64,000 nt of DNA from contig JBHGNT010000006.1 of the NCBI GenBank assembly GCA_043228905.1, forward strand, positions 8,184,001-8,248,000, read 5' to 3'. Numbering within the stretch: the stretch's first letter is position 1; each line of letters begins with the position of its first letter. This document shows positions 58,237-64,000 of the stretch, one piece after another. The notes beneath the pieces are model-generated. The model worked only from the letters and a program-made list of their open reading frames with translations, was not told where the DNA came from and did not search any database. This DNA is from Azolla caroliniana. Lineage: Eukaryota > Plantae > Polypodiophyta. The translations under genes and the position numbers were made by a program.

Positions 58237-61200
58237 TTTTTTATTTTTTTTTCAAAGTAAAGCTACTTTCCCATTAGTTAGGAAGGATTATTACATAGAG
58301 TCTATAAGAAGATTTATACACACATCGGGGAGACTTCCTCCAATCAAGCCAAAGAAGATGAGCCACTTACATTGCCTTGCGGCCTAACTTAATGTAAGAA
58401 GCTACCTATATCCAAGGCAATGCCCTTCAATGTGGCCTCGTACGAGTCGGCTCTTGGGGCCTACACCGAAGAGAGGGTGGCAGGTGAATAGGAAACAACC
58501 AACGTGGGGGCTGGTAGTTCCACCTCGGGCCACTCCCGCCTTGCATCACCATAGGTGTGTTCCGCCATTTCTGCCAAAAGCGCAAACGGGCAGTGGTCAC
58601 GTCGTTGGAGTGGCTGCAAACCTCTTCTAGTTGCCCTCGTAGGCAGCTGATAAGCGCGAACCATATGTCCATGATCACTTCCTCCGGGGGCCGTACCGTA
58701 CCTTGGAAGACCTTGAGGCAACGCGCTTTCCATATATACCACAAGGTGAAACCTGCGATCAACATCCAGATTTCCGGAAACCTAGGGGATGCGGGCTGCA
58801 AGCCTCTTTCAAAACGGATCTTGACGATTTTGCCTCTCGTGCATACATAGCACCAACTATCCGCATTGACGGCGTCCGTCCACCCTTCGACCGAGTGATC
58901 AATCCATGCCGCAGCGCTCCACGAGGCTGTTCCTTCAACGTCACATGCCACAAGGAGGCGAGTCACTCTATCCCATACCTTTTGAGCTTGAGGGCAATCC
59001 CACAAACAATGTCTCAGAGACTCAATAGGTAGAGAGCACAGTGGGCAGCCTAACGGGCCGCCACGTTTATCTAACCATTCGCCAACGGGCACCACATTAT
59101 GACCGATCTGCCACCAAAAGAGCTTGATCTTTTCAGGCATGTGGAGACGCCAAAGACCCTTCCAAAAGGCAATAAGCGCCTCATCGGGGATGCCCAATGT
59201 TCGCCAGCCGTTGCGAAGGGGGCCGCCTCGCTGCAGTTGCAAAGTCCGACCCAGTTTAGTGGTGTAATCGAAGAAGTGGTGGAGTCTATCGTCATGTTTC
59301 CATCTGAAATCCCCGGGGTCCCAATCCCGATCGACAAGGGGATGACAACCGTATACCCTTAACCTCCAATGGGGTTCCACCTTAGCAACATCCGGGTCTG
59401 TCTTCCAGATGTTATCAATCTGTGCCACCACTCGGATTGGGTGCCAAGAGCCGCTGCTCTGGCTGTCCCCAAAAACTGTATCACTCCCCGATCCGCTCAT
59501 GCCCTTTAGCGACTTGACTATTCCAGCCTCGTCAAAGAGACCGAACCATGCATGTTCTCTCACCTCCCCCATCGGAACCCTGTCAACTGCCTCAGCTATC
59601 AGTCTCCGCATTTTCGTAGCTCCCTTGAGGGGAGGGAAAAGGTCCTCTTGGGCTCTTCCTGAACCAGCCATGCGTCTCCAATCGTCTATAGATAGGAGGC
59701 CTGTTTGTGCCAACTTTCCCCATGCTAGGCCCTTAAGTTGCCCTAGCATCGCGTTGTCATTCGTTCGCACATGAGGATTCCAGAATAGTGGCTGTCTAGT
59801 CCATTCGGTCAATGTCTCCGGGGTGTGCTTGACCAAATGCTGTCGTATATGGCACCATGCCCGCAAGATGGAGTTCGTGACCCTATCCTCCGGATGGCAA
59901 GCCAGCCTGGGTGGGACTCCACTCGTGCAGCACCAATTCAAGGAGTCGGGCCAAGGCCTACCATACTTGGGAGTCCCTACTTGCAGCCTGTTGCGAAGAA
60001 GTACCTTCCAGCACCCCTTACCTGGCAGGAGGCAGCGAACCACCATTTTAGCCAGCAATGCACGACTCGCATTAAGGGGTCTATGAGGCCAAGCCCCCCT
60101 TTGGCCCGCGGTTGCGTTAACCAACACCATGAGACTCTGGCGGCAGCCCGTGGGTTGTCCTTACCTGACCATATAAACCCCCTAATGGTAGCCTTAATCG
60201 CGTGCAAACCGGCAGGGTCCATAATCCAGCATGAGACTGAGTGCCACATGGTAGCGAGCAGCACTTGGTTCGCCACAAGAACCCTACTAGCGAAGGACAA
60301 TTTTGATCTGCTCCACTGGTTCAGCTTCTTACTTATTTTGGCTTGTACGTGGGCCAATTGCGCTCCCTTGGGGATTGACCTCCCCATCGTAAATCCAAGG
60401 TACTTGAAAGTCGTCCCACTAGGGACCCACGTAAAATCGGCATGGGGTTGCCATCTTGGTGTCTCCTGTTCGTTGAACCATAGACCTTGGGTTTTATTCC
60501 AATTGATCTTGGCACCAGCCGCTTGACAAAAGTCCTCGACAAGATGTTCAGCCCGCTGTAAATTCTCCTCATCACCTTGCAAGAAAAGAACCGTATCGTC
60601 GGCATATTCAGATAACAGCAAATCTTCAGTCGCATTGGGGATGGGCAATCCCCGCAGCCCGCTAGTTGGTGCTTGTAAGTAGGCGGAGAAAGCCTCGGTT
60701 ATAAAGAGATAGAGATATGGGGCTAGGGGACAAACTTGCCTCACTGAGCGTTGTAGTTGGAAGGCGGGTCCCCTAGATCCAGCCATCAGCACGCTACTCG
60801 TAGCTGTCCGATAGAGTGCAGAAGTGCAATTCCTCCATTTTTGAGGTAGGCCCAAAGCTCTCATCACATTTTCCAAAAAGGGCCATAACACCCTATCGTA
60901 GGTCTTCTCGAAGTCTAGCATCAGAATAGCCGAGCTCGATACGGAGCGACCGGCCAATGCCATAGCTTCCCAAAGAAGCAACACATTATCAAAGATACAC
61001 CTGTTCTTGACAAACCCAGTTTGATTGTCGTGTATGATGTCCGGTAAGAAGCTTGCTAATCGTTGAGCTAGGACTTTAGCGAGTATCTTGTATGCCGTGT
61101 TAAGGATCGTGATTGGACGCCATTGGCGCAACTCTAGGCTTCGCTCTTGGGATTTGGGGATGAGATATATCATCCCCTCAGCCAGACCAATCGGCATCTT

Positions 61201-61950
61201 TCCTGAGGACCAAATCTCTTGGAACCCGGCTTCCAAGGACGGGATAACACATTCCCAATGAATCTCAAAGAAATCTTGTGAGAGACCATCGGGACCGGGG
61301 CATGCACCCCTTCGCAATCCCCTAAGTGCCTCCGAGAGCTCTAAACAAGAGATGGGACTATCGAGCACAACTTCCATCTCCTGGGTTACCTTGGGGTGAA
61401 TGCAAGACATCACTCGATCAGCCAGCTCTGAGTTTTGCCGCACATGCATAGGTGCGAGGAGGTCACGATAGTATTGTGTTGCCATTTCCAGAACCTCAGT
61501 CTTGTCCTCCGTTATTGAGCCGTCTGGTTTTCACAGCCCGTGTATACGTCCACCACCACCCTTGGGTGCCTTGTAGTGAAAGAAATGTCGGTTGACCTTG
61601 TCGTCTTTTCTAGCCCACCATGCTGCGTTTCTTCGAAACAGCATTCGGTTCTTCTCCAAAGTCCTTTCATGTACCTTCATCTTTGCTTCCTCTAGTTTAG
61701 CTCTAGACCATTTGCAGCCAGGGTCTACCTGTAACAGTCGTTGCGCTGCCGCAACGGCCTTCCTTAATTTTGTTTCAATGGCTCTAACCTGTTGGAGGGC
61801 GCGCTTGGTCTCTTGTTGTAAAAAGGAGGAGGAGAGGGCCAATTTTTTCTGCAGATCTTCGCTGGCTGATTTACTGCCCATGATGTCCTGCCATATACTC
61901 TGTAAACCGGCCTTCACCTCTTCACTCTTCATGATCTTTATGGGGATCTT
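58237..61950 (-). mobile_element. 5'-truncated L1/Tx1-like LINE (ORF2 RT + zf-RVT region, two frameshifts) with poly(A) tail
   Basis: GACPGPDG, WRPITILNTAYKILAK, NQTGF, LDFEKTYDRV, SVRQVCPLAPYL, EYADD, CPLC..ESLRHCLWDC and LWYIWKAR. An A-rich tail lies at 58237-58252. TACATACATA(TT) is found at both flanks (58227 and 61951). Confidence 0.92.
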
Positions 61951-63796
61951 TACATACATATTAACTAAACATAAATATATGTACAAATATATATTACCAT
62001 ATGTAAATATGTACATAATACATACAATAAAATTACATATTACATACATATATACATACACAAATGCATATATACATACAAAACACACAAAAATAAATTA
62101 CATATTATATATATGTATGTATACACATACACATACATATTAACACCTAAAGGCTAAGATTACATACTATATATATACAAATCTTCATACTTACAAACAA
62201 GTTACATATATTACATATATATATACACGTGCACACACATAAATAAATTAGATATTACATAGCATATATTACACAATATTCAAATTTAGACATACATAAA
62301 TTACATATATACATATATAGATACATAGATAGATATACATATTACATATGTACATACATATTCCACATATCACCATATATATATATGTATAGATTATACT
62401 AGACCATACAAACCACAATACTTATATATATACATACTACACACACACACATTAGATATCCATATGTATACTTACACATAAATAAATTAGATATTACATA
62501 GCACATAATCCATACCTATTACACAATATACAAATTTACACATGCATAAATTACATATATACATACATAGATATATTACATATGTACATACATATTCTAC
62601 ATATCACCATATGTATAGATCATACTAGACCATACAAACCACAATACTTACACACACACACACACATTAGATATATGTATACTTACACATACATTGGATA
62701 TATACATGCATATTACATACATATTACAAACATACATCCATATACGAGCCATATACATATGTACTAAACATGAAAATATCCCAAAAATATAGATACATAT
62801 ATACACGTACATACATTCATACATTTACATATATATGACCACATACACACACATACATACATACATTAGATATATATGCACATATTACAAACATATTCAT
62901 ACTCATTAAATCATGTATATTGACATATACATATATGCATACACATACATACATATTCCACATATCACCATATATATATGTACATATGCCTACAATGTTA
63001 AAAGTTTTACAAACATACATCCATACACATATATACATACATTACATGCATGCATACACATAAATATGTTACATACACATACATACATACATTTCATCAC
63101 AAACTACAATACATACATGTATGCTTACACATACATAAATATTATGAACACACTCATGTATGCATAGTACACTATTACACATACAAACATACATGCATTG
63201 CATATTACATATATATACATATGTACATGCATACATGTACATTCATGTGTCTACATACATACATTGCATATGCATATATTACAATCACATTCATATACAT
63301 TGAATCATGTACATTGTCATATATATGCATACACGTATGTACATTCATACATGGACATACCTATATTCATTTATATATTGCTACTGTCTACATATACATA
63401 AATTAGATATATACATAAATATTACAATCACACATCCATACACATTGAATCATGTACATTGTCATATGGATATATGCATACACATACATACATACATGTA
63501 TGTATACATACATACATTAGATATGGATATATGCATACACATATGTACATTCGTATATGGACATACATATCTTCATTTATACATTGCTACACATACATAC
63601 ACATATATACATCAGATATCTACATAGATATTGTGCATATATTACAATCACACATCAATACACATTGAATCATGTACATTTGCATATGCATATATGCATA
63701 CACATACATACATGACATATGCATATATGCATACACATATATACATTCGTACATGGACATACATATAGTCTTTTATACATTGCTACATGTAAATAC

Positions 63797-63828
<32 letters not shown>

Positions 63829-64000
63829 TAGATATATACACACATACGTATATATATATACACCTACATATAGTCTTCTATACATACACACACATTACAT
63901 ATGGATATATGCATACACATATGTACATTCGTACATGGACATACATATATTCATTTATACATTGCTACATATACATACACATATATATACATAGATATTA
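61951..64000. repeat. TACA/CATA-rich degenerate satellite continuing past the window end
   Basis: Low-complexity sequence with recurring longer units (cattgaatcatgtacatt; gtacattcgtacatggacatac). Confidence 0.9.

Overview
Eukaryotic land-plant nuclear DNA. A seed-free lineage such as a fern is likely, inferred from the transposon repertoire. The left 23 kb holds three host genes: the last four exons of a SCAI-family gene (+), a four-exon RCC1-repeat (RUG-type) gene (+) whose first intron carries a decayed RTE-like LINE, and an intronless DUF3475/DUF668 (PSK-SIMULATOR-like) gene (-). From about 28 kb on, the window is a deeply nested transposon stack. It contains a Sola-like DDD transposase remnant, four copies of tRNA-Trp-type Ty3/gypsy LTRs (one a complete gag-only element), and a chromodomain Tcn1-like gypsy element with a heat-shock-element array in its LTR. 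It also contains three decayed Ty1/copia elements, one young intact Tnt1/Tork-like copia with an aberrant integration junction, and an L1/Tx1-like LINE inserted into TACA-rich satellite-like DNA. No rRNA, tRNA gene or CRISPR array was found. All coordinates and family calls were read by eye without database searches, and I found no clear evidence for a wholly new system. The best leads are the Trp-primed gag-only LTR family, the Sola-like transposase, the HSE-bearing LTR, the unprocessed copia junction and a TAGTAG poison acceptor.
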